Shown here piece after piece: positions 19,586 through 28,654 of a stretch of DNA of 64,000 nucleotides (positions are counted from its first letter, which is position 1; the number at the start of each line of letters is the position of its first letter). A program made the position numbers and the translations under genes. The notes beneath the pieces were generated by a model. That model saw only the letters and a program-made list of their open reading frames with translations. It was not told the DNA's origin and did no database searches. This DNA is from a virus (lineage: Duplodnaviria > Heunggongvirae > Uroviricota > Caudoviricetes): IMG/VR virus record IMGVR_UViG_3300037321_000115, one strand, 5' to 3'.

Positions 19586-19840
19586 CTAAATTCCTCTCAA
19601 TTTTTCGTTTTTAGCGCGCATTTTTAACACGAGATCGCTCTCTTCTCCTGTCCAGATTTTCATGAAGTGTGACACTGTGTCTAGATCAGGAAGACCACAT
19701 TCAAGAAATTCTACAACATCATACACATCATCACCATTAACACAATAACAATCGAACACAATCTCGAGAGCTGCAACCAAGGAACACTTTTCACGGCCCA
19801 TGACCATTACAAGCATTTTCTCAAGATTCTGCGGTGCCAC
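19586..19840 (-). CDS. Hypothetical protein
   Basis: 84-aa ORF. Confidence 0.35.
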   Translation of the reverse strand: MAPQNLEKMLVMVMGREKCSLVAALEIVFDCYCVNGDDVYDVVEFLECGLPDLDTVSHFMKIWTGEESDLVLKMRAKNEKLRGI

Positions 19841-19851
19841 ACTCAGATCTC

Positions 19852-20103
19852 TTACAGCCTTCCATCGCCAAAACCACCTATCGTTTCCCCTACAGCTGTG
19901 GCAAACTCATTGTAACCACCAACATACTTGTCATACCACCAAATTTGAGGAATTGTTTTGAAACCAGGACGTAGCCTTCTCAGCTCATCGAGATTCTCGT
20001 CAATGTCTGTGTCTACCCACTCGTACCGCAGATTGTAGGAATGTGCGAGACGTTTAGCACGTAGACAAAACGCACAAGTTTGGTTACCGTAAATTTTTAT
20101 CAA
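19852..20103 (-). CDS. Glutaredoxin-like protein (NrdC-like)
   Basis: 83 aa. KIYGNQTCAFCLRAKRL redox CxxC near the N-terminus, TIPQIW...GGY C-terminal glutaredoxin motif. Confidence 0.65.
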   Translation of the reverse strand: MIKIYGNQTCAFCLRAKRLAHSYNLRYEWVDTDIDENLDELRRLRPGFKTIPQIWWYDKYVGGYNEFATAVGETIGGFGDGRL

Positions 20104-20398
20104 TTTTCTTCAATCCTTCTAGCATGTCATTACGAGTTCTTTGAACTTCGGATGTCACCTCATAAGAGCTTGTTCTCACATACCAATAAACCCACGACTG
20201 AAGGCAATGGTCATCGTCTTTAAACAACACGCGAAAAAGTAAGTCTATTGTCCAAACAAGATTTAACTTTTGTTCTCTCTTCCACCCGTAATTCCTTGCA
20301 CTAAATGTCTGGTTGGAATCTCCGCCAAAAATTACATTGAGTAGAATAGAGATAGCTATGCCGAGTCTTTTAATGTATGAATATACCACGTTTAACAA
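20084..20398 (-). CDS. Hypothetical membrane protein
   Basis: 104-aa ORF with a hydrophobic N-terminus. Confidence 0.35.
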   Translation of the reverse strand: MLNVVYSYIKRLGIAISILLNVIFGGDSNQTFSARNYGWKREQKLNLVWTIDLLFRVLFKDDDHCLQSWVYWYVRTSSYEVTSEVQRTRNDMLEGLKKIDKNLR

Positions 20399-20498
20399 TC
20401 CTTCTTTCGATACTATTTATGGTTTTCAAGTGGAATTGAAACAATGTTCACAGTGTAATTATCCTCCAAAATGTGATTGTCTCAGTCTCTTTAAAACT

Positions 20499-21131
20499 TT
20501 AGACAGAGATCCCAATCGTGCGAATGGGCCCACCCTCTTTGTTGTCATCAAACACGCCGACAGTCAATCTTCCCGTGCGAAAAGATCCTGCATCTAAATT
20601 GGTACGGTTTACAAGAAACTTTGTACCAATTGTGTGTCCGTGAACTACGTGTTTATCGTGGTAGCCAATATCTTCATTCTTTCCGTAACGATGCCACTGT
20701 GTTGTTTGGTCAGGCTGATTATCAAGTGAATGTGATTCAGATACGCCTGCATGGACGTATACTCGATGTGTATCCCACAGCAAACGAGGCATCTCATCAA
20801 ACCATTGAAGATGTTTGGCAGGAATATTGTTGCCGTACGATTTAATTGTTGTGTCACCGCCGTGTTGAATCCACCATTCGATGTCCGTTCCGTCTATACA
20901 GTGGAGAATCATGTCTTCGTGGTTGCCCTTGATGAATGACCAGGTACAATCATTATCTTGAGGGCCTGCAATCAATAGCTCAACAACTTCACGGCTTTGA
21001 GGACCACGGTCAATGTAATCGCCTGTAAAGATTATATTCTTCCCACCCTGTAAGTCGATCTCTTTTAGTGCCAATTCCAGAAGATCAAAGCGTCCGTGAA
21101 TGTCTGCAACTACAAATGTCAGGTGTTCCAT
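20499..21131 (-). CDS. Ser/Thr protein phosphatase (lambda-phosphatase/ApaH-like metallophosphoesterase)
   Basis: VADIHGRFD...GDYIDRG...GNHE metallophosphatase motifs. The tracked start at 21188 is TTG. The ATG at 21131 (MEHLTF) is more likely. Confidence 0.75.
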   Translation of the reverse strand: MEHLTFVVADIHGRFDLLELALKEIDLQGGKNIIFTGDYIDRGPQSREVVELLIAGPQDNDCTWSFIKGNHEDMILHCIDGTDIEWWIQHGGDTTIKSYGNNIPAKHLQWFDEMPRLLWDTHRVYVHAGVSESHSLDNQPDQTTQWHRYGKNEDIGYHDKHVVHGHTIGTKFLVNRTNLDAGSFRTGRLTVGVFDDNKEGGPIRTIGISV

Positions 21132-21132
21132 C

Positions 21133-21342
21133 TTAACATCCGTCTTCGAAGCGAGGACGATGCTCCTCCAAGTCTGTATGCGATTCAATTTCTCTCATAA
21201 CACTTGCAAGTTTCAGCTCTGTGTGGAAGAAGTCATCACAAGCACTGCCGTTTCCAATACATCCAGCCAACCACATGGCGGCATGCTGGTGAATCAGTCG
21301 ATACGCCTCTTGGGAGGTCTTTGGTGTTGTAATGTAGTCCAT
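21133..21342 (-). CDS. Hypothetical protein
   Basis: 69-aa ORF. Confidence 0.3.
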   Translation of the reverse strand: MDYITTPKTSQEAYRLIHQHAAMWLAGCIGNGSACDDFFHTELKLASVMREIESHTDLEEHRPRFEDGC

Positions 21343-21362
21343 TGTGTTTCCTTCATCTGTTT

Positions 21363-21572
21363 TTATTGGCTGTCTTTTACGTGTTCCACATAATCTTCTA
21401 TGCTCATTCCACGAAGATAGTTGGAGTAGATGCTGCCTACATTATCTTCAACCCCAGCTGGTGCATTTTCCGTTGCTGCGAACCAGAAGTATCCATCACC
21501 CTTTACAATCTCTAAAGGGAGATTTGCGTCGTTCAAAGCTTTGTTGATGTTCTTAATTGTAACTGCAGGCAT
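21363..21572 (-). CDS. Hypothetical protein
   Basis: 69-aa ORF. Confidence 0.3.
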   Translation of the reverse strand: MPAVTIKNINKALNDANLPLEIVKGDGYFWFAATENAPAGVEDNVGSIYSNYLRGMSIEDYVEHVKDSQ

Positions 21573-21635
21573 GATTGACTCCTTTGTGTTCCTATGTTTA
21601 GGTTATAGGAACACAGCCTTGCAGTCAACAACGAT

Positions 21636-21992
21636 TCAACACAATACAGTTCTAGCGGGCAGTCTCAACTTTCCGCCTGTCTCACTTTCAAATTTAGCGA
21701 ATTGATCCTTTCGCAATCGAACAGAAGCAGATACTTGACATCTTGGAAACTTCGCATCGAATGGATACAGATCTCCAATTTCCACATTGTTTCCAAGACA
21801 GAACATCACAAAACGTGTCATGCTTGCCTTGGAGAAGTTCAGTCCTTCTTCGCAATGCATCCATACACGCCCATACACGTCACCCTTATTTTCTTGTGCA
21901 ACATGGCAAGCACATGCCCCATCAGGCCATTTGCACGAATCAACCGTTATGTTTTTAATCTTAGGAACAGTGCCTACAGCCACATTAATCAC
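21636..21992 (-). CDS. Hypothetical Cys-rich protein
   Basis: 118-aa ORF with several CxxC-like pairs. Confidence 0.35.
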   Translation of the reverse strand: MINVAVGTVPKIKNITVDSCKWPDGACACHVAQENKGDVYGRVWMHCEEGLNFSKASMTRFVMFCLGNNVEIGDLYPFDAKFPRCQVSASVRLRKDQFAKFESETGGKLRLPARTVLC

Positions 21993-22386
21993 CTTTTTTG
22001 TCCTCTTTTCCTTTTACATGTCCCCAAACCTCATGGAAGCCTTGAGGCGGGTTGTAGATTTTTTCAAACCTCTTTATTGTACCTTCGACGTTTCTTCCGT
22101 CATTCCGATGAACAACGTTGGCTCTACATTTGTCTGGCGCATTCTCAAAATAATGTTTTTTGACACGAGAATGGGGATATTTGTCCTTGAAAAACGCAAC
22201 AGCATTGCTGAGAATCTTATCATCACAGAAATTAACATCACATATACCAAGTATGGAGTCAACCTCGATTTGTTGTGGCAACAAATCGAGGTCAATGATA
22301 TCATCAAAGATTTCAGAACACATCCTACCAGACACGTGTGTTTTTCCAGAGCCAGGAAGACCAATGAACAAGATAATCTCAGACAT
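21985..22386 (-). CDS. P-loop kinase, polynucleotide-kinase-like kinase domain only
   Basis: Walker A ILFIGLPGSGKTH at the N-terminus. About 133 aa from MSEIIL. Size and layout resemble the T4 Pnk kinase module. No phosphatase domain. Confidence 0.45.
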   Translation of the reverse strand: MSEIILFIGLPGSGKTHVSGRMCSEIFDDIIDLDLLPQQIEVDSILGICDVNFCDDKILSNAVAFFKDKYPHSRVKKHYFENAPDKCRANVVHRNDGRNVEGTIKRFEKIYNPPQGFHEVWGHVKGKEDKKGD

Positions 22387-22798
22387 GTTTTTGTGCAACA
22401 AGAAAGTCCCAGATGTCATCAATTGTAATCGTCTTTGTCGCGTAGTATGTACAGTTACCGTAATACTCGTTCTCTATATATGTACCGTACTTCACTAATT
22501 TCATGAGAGTTTTGTATTCAAGAAATGTGACGTTGCTTGCAACTTTAGAAAGTATCTCATCCAAGTGGTGAAAATCAGGTTCAAGTTCAGAGGTTGAATA
22601 CTCAACAGGATCGGAATCGTCCCAACAGCTACCCCCACTCACTCCGCCAGTTTCCCATGTAGCAGTTATCTTTGAGCAATGACTGAAATAGGGGTCTTTG
22701 CCTTTAATTCTAGCTTTGGAATTTGCTCTAACACCAGGAACGTATTCTGTCTTGCCCATAATAGAGTCCACTACGTCCTGAAATTCATATCTATTCAT
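22379..22798 (-). CDS. Hypothetical protein
   Basis: 139-aa ORF. Confidence 0.35.
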   Translation of the reverse strand: MNRYEFQDVVDSIMGKTEYVPGVRANSKARIKGKDPYFSHCSKITATWETGGVSGGSCWDDSDPVEYSTSELEPDFHHLDEILSKVASNVTFLEYKTLMKLVKYGTYIENEYYGNCTYYATKTITIDDIWDFLVAQKHV

Positions 22799-22847
22799 TA
22801 TTCAATCCTAAACTGTTCTGATGATCGCATTTGCCGTCCTTTGAATT

Positions 22848-23282
22848 TTACTCCATTGATCCTTCATATTGTTTCTCTGAATCTTTGAATTCGATCATTG
22901 GGCAGATTTTATTCTTGAAGGAATAATATTTCATGGCGATCATGGATTTTGGTTCGTCGTTGGGCATAGCAGTTGGCCGAGTCTGGACATAATCTACCAA
23001 TACAGCGATGCTCAGTACAGCTCCGAAGATCCCGATGAAAACTATTGCGCCTTTCAGGACAGTCAATGGATCGGTCCAGATTGCAAAGGCGATCAAAAAT
23101 AACAATATAGTTGTCATAGCCGCCATGATAGCCGCACCGACGATTCTGAACATAGTAGCAGACCAGTATTTACAGAAGCTGGCGTGTTTGGGTTCCCACT
23201 GTCTCTCCATCAAAGTGTCTTGAAAGAAGTTTTTGTTTAGCTTGTAGTGCCAAGAGTCTCGGTTGATTTGGAAAGTTTTCAT
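22848..23282 (-). CDS. Hypothetical membrane protein
   Basis: 144 aa with two predicted TM helices. Confidence 0.4.
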   Translation of the reverse strand: MKTFQINRDSWHYKLNKNFFQDTLMERQWEPKHASFCKYWSATMFRIVGAAIMAAMTTILLFLIAFAIWTDPLTVLKGAIVFIGIFGAVLSIAVLVDYVQTRPTAMPNDEPKSMIAMKYYSFKNKICPMIEFKDSEKQYEGSME

Positions 23283-23526
23283 GTTTAATCCTAATAATTT
23301 ACAATGGAGTCAGTTTGATCCTATTAAATTGTCCAACTAATAGTTGAAGATGCCATATGGCCATGATGAGTCCAGCGCACCCCTTTCGTCATAAAAGTGT
23401 TCGCCGGATGTTGTATACACCTTTACTTGCTTGCTACAATGTTTGGTGTGGTTTTTCTGTAACAATCACTTGACGTACAGTTCTCGTAGCACGATTCTCT
23501 GCCGCAAGGACAGCCTCTGTCATAGC

Positions 23527-23748
23527 TCATTCAGGCACCCCATATTTGTCGATTAGTTTCTTCAAGTCGTCTCTTTCAGTTTTCTCGATTGCTTTCAGCT
23601 TCTCAAGTGTCAAGCGATTGTTTTCAGTTTCTCTGGCTATCTGTGTTTCCTTTTTGATCCTATCGACCGAATCAAGATCCAAAAGATCTGTGTACGAAAC
23701 CCATGCTTCATCTTCTCTGTCTGTGTTGTGGTCCCAGTAATTATGCAC
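23527..23748 (-). CDS. Hypothetical coiled-coil protein
   Basis: 73-aa charged ORF. Confidence 0.3.
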   Translation of the reverse strand: MHNYWDHNTDREDEAWVSYTDLLDLDSVDRIKKETQIARETENNRLTLEKLKAIEKTERDDLKKLIDKYGVPE

Positions 23749-23884
23749 ACGAAATGGATTCAGAATCCATTCGGAAAGAGATTAATCGAGTGCCACGTTT
23801 GTGATCAAATCTAGCATCTGTCAAAGCTTGAATCTTATCCTCAAACCCATCCATCAGTTCTCTGATCATCTGTTTGAATACTAC

Positions 23885-24169
23885 TCACGTCTTCTCGAAG
23901 TCTTTCAATTGCGCCATGGCGCAATTGATATCTCCGCCTGTAGTGGGCAGCAGATCATCTTGCCATTTTTCCCACTCGTCGTGGTTACTAGCCAATGTAA
24001 ACAGGCACCAATGTGTGTATCCTGCTTCGAGTGCGTTTTCACCTCGGGCATAATGGGGATTGCTAATTGTGTAAAGCACACCGCAATCGCTTTTACAAGG
24101 GAAAATAATCACCGCATATTCGTTGCCAGCGGGTGGATCTGATTTTAAATCGCGCCAAATGTTCACCAC
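23885..24169 (-). CDS. Hypothetical protein (DUF551-like?)
   Basis: 94 aa. Conserved W...PP...W pattern. Weak. Confidence 0.3.
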   Translation of the reverse strand: MVNIWRDLKSDPPAGNEYAVIIFPCKSDCGVLYTISNPHYARGENALEAGYTHWCLFTLASNHDEWEKWQDDLLPTTGGDINCAMAQLKDFEKT

Positions 24170-24625
24170 GTCATTGACTCCTGCATTTTCCGGTAAGCTT
24201 CTATCTTCCCTTCGTAAAAATTATTCATGGTAAGATTCATCGACCCTTCTTTTTCTCGGTTGTGTTTGTTCCCTTATCTAACCGCACAACCTTGTCTGCA
24301 TAGAAAGTCTCAAAGTCGCGAGCTTTCAACGACTTCGCACGTTCTTTTGTTAATTCGAGCACTTTGTCCATGTGCGACACATCGTTAGTCTTGATGTATT
24401 GATCAAGTGCAATCTTTATTTCTTGGTTCAATCTTCCAACATCATTTACCATCAATATTTACTCCGTTTTCGATTAATTTAATCACTCGCTTGATACTTT
24501 CTCGTGTCATGTCACACTCTTGTTTGTAATTATTGATTGTCTATGGAGTGTGCCTAAAGTCTACTTCCAATAAAGGGTTCTCTAAACAGTCACTCTAGAA
24601 TTGAAGATTGCTCAACAAGTGTTCT

Positions 24626-25024
24626 TTATTCGTGCTTGGGTTTCCACAGTTTAGCATACTTCAATACGTTGGGCAAGTTTTCATTTGGCATGGGACAAAC
24701 TACGGCACAGGCCTTTCTGCCTTCCAGTGTGGTGTTCTCGTGTCCCAAATGAACATTTGGCAATGCAGCAATCTTGTCAAACTCTTTTTGGTTCACTCGT
24801 AATGTGACTTTCTTGAATGAATTCTCAAACCAGTCCATGTATTCAGGATAATAATATCCAGAGTGACCGTTAATCATAAGCCTCTCTGAGAATTTATCAT
24901 GTGCAGACAACACCGAATGAGCCACAAGAGTGGGTGTCATATGATCAGGAAATTCATCCAATAAGGCAATATACATTTTCATCATTTGTGTTGCCAGTAC
25001 TTTAAAAAGTTGTTCATATAACAA
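24626..25024 (-). CDS. Hypothetical protein
   Basis: 132-aa ORF. Confidence 0.35.
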   Translation of the reverse strand: MLYEQLFKVLATQMMKMYIALLDEFPDHMTPTLVAHSVLSAHDKFSERLMINGHSGYYYPEYMDWFENSFKKVTLRVNQKEFDKIAALPNVHLGHENTTLEGRKACAVVCPMPNENLPNVLKYAKLWKPKHE

Positions 25025-25341
25025 CGGATGTTTTCTGCGCCGACGGGATTCATGGAATGTACAAAAAAACCAAAATCCTCGGGCATTTGAAGATTGTTGT
25101 CCATGACATAGTCACATAGCCACTTGGCAAATGTAAACCCTGTTTTTTCTCCATCGCCCTGTTCATAATGAACGTCTGCCAAATCATGGTCAAAGCTGAT
25201 GAATTGAGGGAGACCATATTGTTCAACACACCACACTGCATCGTCCATACTACGACAGATTACAATATCTCGGTAGGGACCACAATCATATCTGACATCA
25301 GCAGGGAACCTGATATCATCAAGGAACAATTTCCAAGTCAT
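24982..25341 (-). CDS. Receiver (REC)-like domain protein
   Basis: 119 aa. LFLDDIRFP near the N-terminus and FISFDHDLA mid-protein resemble the CheY-like DD / D acidic pocket. Confidence 0.3.
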   Translation of the reverse strand: MTWKLFLDDIRFPADVRYDCGPYRDIVICRSMDDAVWCVEQYGLPQFISFDHDLADVHYEQGDGEKTGFTFAKWLCDYVMDNNLQMPEDFGFFVHSMNPVGAENIRCYMNNFLKYWQHK

Positions 25342-25535
25342 TTTACGTCACATTCATCTTTCCACGCAAAGTCACCAGTCGATGGACAATACAGTGCATA
25401 ACCACGTTCGATGGCATTTGACTGCCACTCTGAAGTCGGGGTAGTGAAGATGTACGCCATAGTCGCGCCTACTATAAGAGCAATCGTCATGCCAACCATC
25501 AATCCATAGTTAAAATTGTCCATGTAGTACATCTC

Positions 25536-26048
25536 CTATTTGATGAGTGTTAAAATTTCGGTGATCAGTTGGGACTGGAAGGGGCTTATACTGCGATGCG
25601 CCACAAGAGCAGTCATGATCTCCAGACTTGATTTCTTGTATTTTGCACGCCATGCTTCGCTCTTTGCAGTCTTGAGGTCCTGTACGTTGTCCAGTCGATC
25701 TGCAAGTTTCACGGTGAGTGCATCATCTGACATGTTACACATTTTGGTAATGAGGTATTCAGTCTTACCAATTCGTTTAATTTCCACTGGATCGCTTGTA
25801 AGCTCAAGTACAAGATCAGCAACAGATTTGCCAAACAATTCTAGAATTTCATCATACGTTGCATCAGTATCTTCCAACGTGCCATGCAGCAGAGCCGCAT
25901 CAAATATAGTGAAATTGTCAGGGGCGTAGTCCATAATAGTGTCAGCCACACGACATGGATGCGCAATGTATTCACTCCCGTCTGATCTTGTCTGACCAGT
26001 GTGTTTTTCTGTTGCATATTCAAGTGCTGTGATATTCAGAACATTCAT
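25536..26048 (-). CDS. HD-domain (p)ppGpp hydrolase, SpoT/MESH1-like
   Basis: 170 aa. ALEYATEKHTGQTRSDGSEYIAHPCRVA...LLHGTLEDT...VADLV matches the RelA/SpoT HD hydrolase signature. Confidence 0.75.
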   Translation of the reverse strand: MNVLNITALEYATEKHTGQTRSDGSEYIAHPCRVADTIMDYAPDNFTIFDAALLHGTLEDTDATYDEILELFGKSVADLVLELTSDPVEIKRIGKTEYLITKMCNMSDDALTVKLADRLDNVQDLKTAKSEAWRAKYKKSSLEIMTALVAHRSISPFQSQLITEILTLIK

Positions 26049-26071
26049 TACATGTTTCTCCTCTATGCAAT

Positions 26072-26100
26072 CAAACTACAACAGAATGACTTCGGTGTCA
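26072..26100 (-). promoter_or_regulatory. Sigma70-like early promoter TTGACA-N17-TAGTTT driving the SpoT-like gene
   Basis: Minus sense: TTGACACCGAAGTCATTCTGTTGTAGTTT, then GAGGAG RBS and the ATG at 26048. Spacer nearly identical to the promoter at 27157-27189. Confidence 0.55.
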
Positions 26101-26297
26101 ACAATTAAAACAACATCACGTGGCCGACATAGATACGTGCAAGTATATCCTTGGTATTGATACTCAACTCTCACCTGTTGTGGGGTAAACTGAATAACTA
26201 CGCTTCTAGTATGCTCGCGGTAATTGGGTAGCATTATGATAACTGAATCGCCAAGCTTGAGTTCTTGGCCTAGAAAATCTTTATGTTTCACAGTCAT
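26076..26297 (-). CDS. Hypothetical protein
   Basis: 73-aa ORF. Confidence 0.3.
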   Translation of the reverse strand: MTVKHKDFLGQELKLGDSVIIMLPNYREHTRSVVIQFTPQQVRVEYQYQGYTCTYLCRPRDVVLIVDTEVILL

Positions 26298-26698
26298 TAT
26301 TTTCTAATCCCCCGTAGTTGCCATTCACCAAAATCCTCATAGTAGTTAGGCTTAAAACGACATTGCTGCACATCTGTTTGGGCGGTAATTTCTCCCACAG
26401 TCACATCCGCAGTGACTGTCTTACACTCTTTCATCATTTGCAGTTGGGCTGTTGGGACTGCCGTTACTATTAAAAGGCAGGCAACAAAAACAATAGGCGT
26501 GACAATATATGTGTACAGACTGATCAAAAGTTTTGGCGAATATCTCGAGATTACGACCAATGCAACCACAATTGATAGAGTTACTAGCATTGTCCATCCA
26601 AAGATCCAGAACAATATCCAAGGACTGGCATGCAATGGAACACCTGACATCAACACAAACATAGTTTCAGCAAAGTGTACTACAAATTCTCGTATCAT
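26297..26698 (-). CDS. Hypothetical membrane protein
   Basis: 133 aa, 3-4 TM helices. Confidence 0.4.
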   Translation of the reverse strand: MIREFVVHFAETMFVLMSGVPLHASPWILFWIFGWTMLVTLSIVVALVVISRYSPKLLISLYTYIVTPIVFVACLLIVTAVPTAQLQMMKECKTVTADVTVGEITAQTDVQQCRFKPNYYEDFGEWQLRGIRK

Positions 26699-26714
26699 TA
26701 CTAATTCCTATCTA

Positions 26715-27035
26715 TCAATTAAAGGTTGGAACACAGTCGATTGGATGCCGAGGCGCAGATACGGCTCTGGTGCTCCCATCGTACTCGCTGATTTGTATGA
26801 TTTTGGATGTGGTCCATGCTACGACAGGATGGCAATCTGCGCCACCAAAACCACTATAGAATTCATATTCCAAAAATGGACGGGCTTGTTCCCATGAAAG
26901 GACAACACCAATTGGTGCTGAATTGAAAGGTTCTTGATCATCACACCATCCATCCTGGTAGTGCGTCCCAATACACGCCGCCTCAACAGATTCACCTGCC
27001 GCCAGGGTTTCAATCCATTGTGCAATGTTACTCAT
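26715..27035 (-). CDS. Hypothetical protein
   Basis: 106-aa ORF. Confidence 0.35.
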   Translation of the reverse strand: MSNIAQWIETLAAGESVEAACIGTHYQDGWCDDQEPFNSAPIGVVLSWEQARPFLEYEFYSGFGGADCHPVVAWTTSKIIQISEYDGSTRAVSAPRHPIDCVPTFN

Positions 27036-27156
27036 TTGTCATTCTCACCTTCATAATATGGTTGTATGTCGCTTGCCCAATTTTGGGACAGTATCACAAG
27101 GGACTGTACAGTTGACTAATTCCACGTCGCCCCATGTGTGTCTCCTCTATAATATA

Positions 27157-27189
27157 AAAATATAACAGAATGACTTCGGTGTCAACTGT
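27157..27189 (-). promoter_or_regulatory. Sigma70-like early promoter ACAGTTGACA-N17-TATTTT
   Basis: Minus sense: ACAGTTGACACCGAAGTCATTCTGTTATATTTT, then AGGAGA RBS. Confidence 0.55.
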
Positions 27190-27198
27190 CTATCTAAT

Positions 27199-27402
27199 TT
27201 AGAATCCCTGATCATTCAGCCAGTTTTTCAATTGGGTTGCTTCATCTGATATTAGACACACCACTACGGGATTTTGCAGTTTCTTGTCATGAATCACCAC
27301 ATCAAGAATCGTTTTTCCTCCGTCAAATTTCAGAAATTCTATTGATCGATCTTTAGTGGTAATTTCCAAACCATCCTGATCTTCATAAACTCTACTGTTC
27401 AT
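27199..27402 (-). CDS. Hypothetical protein
   Basis: 67-aa ORF. Confidence 0.3.
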   Translation of the reverse strand: MNSRVYEDQDGLEITTKDRSIEFLKFDGGKTILDVVIHDKKLQNPVVVCLISDEATQLKNWLNDQGF

Positions 27403-27420
27403 GTCATTGTTACTCCAGTT

Positions 27421-27759
27421 TCATTCTTCTGGGATCAGTTCGGGATTATAATGCCGAGCGCCTTTAATTAATCCTCTCAGTCTAGTCATCCCCAGAAAGT
27501 GTGTCTTTTCGCGGATGCTGCGATTGCTCATCCACCTACCGGTATACTCTGACTTTCTCAATTCAGAGACGTGCATCTTTTTTACATGAAGGCCTGTGCA
27601 AATTGTGATCACATGCTCGCTGTCTAATATTCGCCAGATTCTAGCAGGCCAGAACCCAGATGTACTATTAACATCTTCAACTACGTGATTTCGTTTTAGT
27701 CCATTTGTTGTTTTGATCATGTCACTGCACATCTTTTCTAATTCGTTCAGCTTCAGCAT
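27421..27759 (-). CDS. Hypothetical protein
   Basis: 112-aa ORF. Confidence 0.35.
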   Translation of the reverse strand: MLKLNELEKMCSDMIKTTNGLKRNHVVEDVNSTSGFWPARIWRILDSEHVITICTGLHVKKMHVSELRKSEYTGRWMSNRSIREKTHFLGMTRLRGLIKGARHYNPELIPEE

Positions 27760-28098
27760 TGCCTGTCATCAAACACACTGAAAAGTAGAGCAGGGCGAAT
27801 GCTATAATTACCAGAGGAAGAAACACGACACCTCTGGCAATTTCGTGCCACGCTTTCAGATTGTATGTGCCATAATTTATTGGCCAATTGCACCAGATTT
27901 TTTTCATGATTCTTACTCACCAATTGCTTCGTAAAATACATCAGCAGCATCAATACATATTTGAGCAGCCTCTTGAAGCATTTGTATTCTTACCTCCTGG
28001 GTAAGATCGGCCAAGCCCGCCGCGTTACTAAGAGCCTGTAGATAAATATCTCTGGCCAGCTGTTTTGCATCATTGTTCATGTTTATATTCCTTTTTGG

Positions 28099-28356
28099 TT
28101 ATCCAACATAGTCAACTTCTTCTGCCATCTGAGCAACCCGAACCATGTTTGTCGCCCAGCAGCCAGTTACTGTAACATAGTGCCGTTCGTCAGCTTGATC
28201 AAGAACTTTTTCATAATCAAACGAAAAATCAATTTCGTCTTTGATTAGAAGTTTGATGAATGATCTCGCTTGCTGTTTATCTAGGAAATAAAATTCTATT
28301 TCCCATGTGCAGATGCTGGCTCGTCCACCCACTACTGGTTTGAACTCTTTTTTCAT
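28099..28356 (-). CDS. Hypothetical protein
   Basis: 85 aa. ATG behind an AGGAGA RBS. Confidence 0.4.
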   Translation of the reverse strand: MKKEFKPVVGGRASICTWEIEFYFLDKQQARSFIKLLIKDEIDFSFDYEKVLDQADERHYVTVTGCWATNMVRVAQMAEEVDYVG

Positions 28357-28624
28357 CTTGACGTCTCCTGTTTGACAATTTCAGATTGCTTCTAAACGCC
28401 TTCCATCTTCCATCCTGAGTGGATCGACATTTGCCTCTGGCAGTTAGATTTGTACGGGCCGTTTTGACATCGACCTCTTGGAATTGATTTCGAATGAATT
28501 CTTCCGCTGCTGTCTTTGATGGAAGACATGCAATACGTCTTCCATCAAAAACAACATGCCCATCAATTGGTTGAGCCACTACAGGGTTTTGGAAGAGTGA
28601 TTTAATCCAGTTAAAAATGTTCAC
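28277..28624 (-). CDS. Hypothetical protein with a GTG start. The Arg-rich C-terminus overlaps the next gene by 80 nt.
   Basis: AGGAGA-N6-GTG. The overlap suggests the true 3' end may be shorter. Confidence 0.3.
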   Translation of the reverse strand: MNIFNWIKSLFQNPVVAQPIDGHVVFDGRRIACLPSKTAAEEFIRNQFQEVDVKTARTNLTARGKCRSTQDGRWKAFRSNLKLSNRRRQDEKRVQTSSGWTSQHLHMGNRILFPR

Positions 28625-28654
28625 GGCTGTCTCCTGACACTGTGTCGTTATTTG

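Noticed and set aside
27199-27759. Adjacent small ORFs (67 aa and 112 aa) as a possible toxin-antitoxin pair
   Set aside because: No recognisable toxin or antitoxin fold or motif. Small adjacent genes are the norm in this array.
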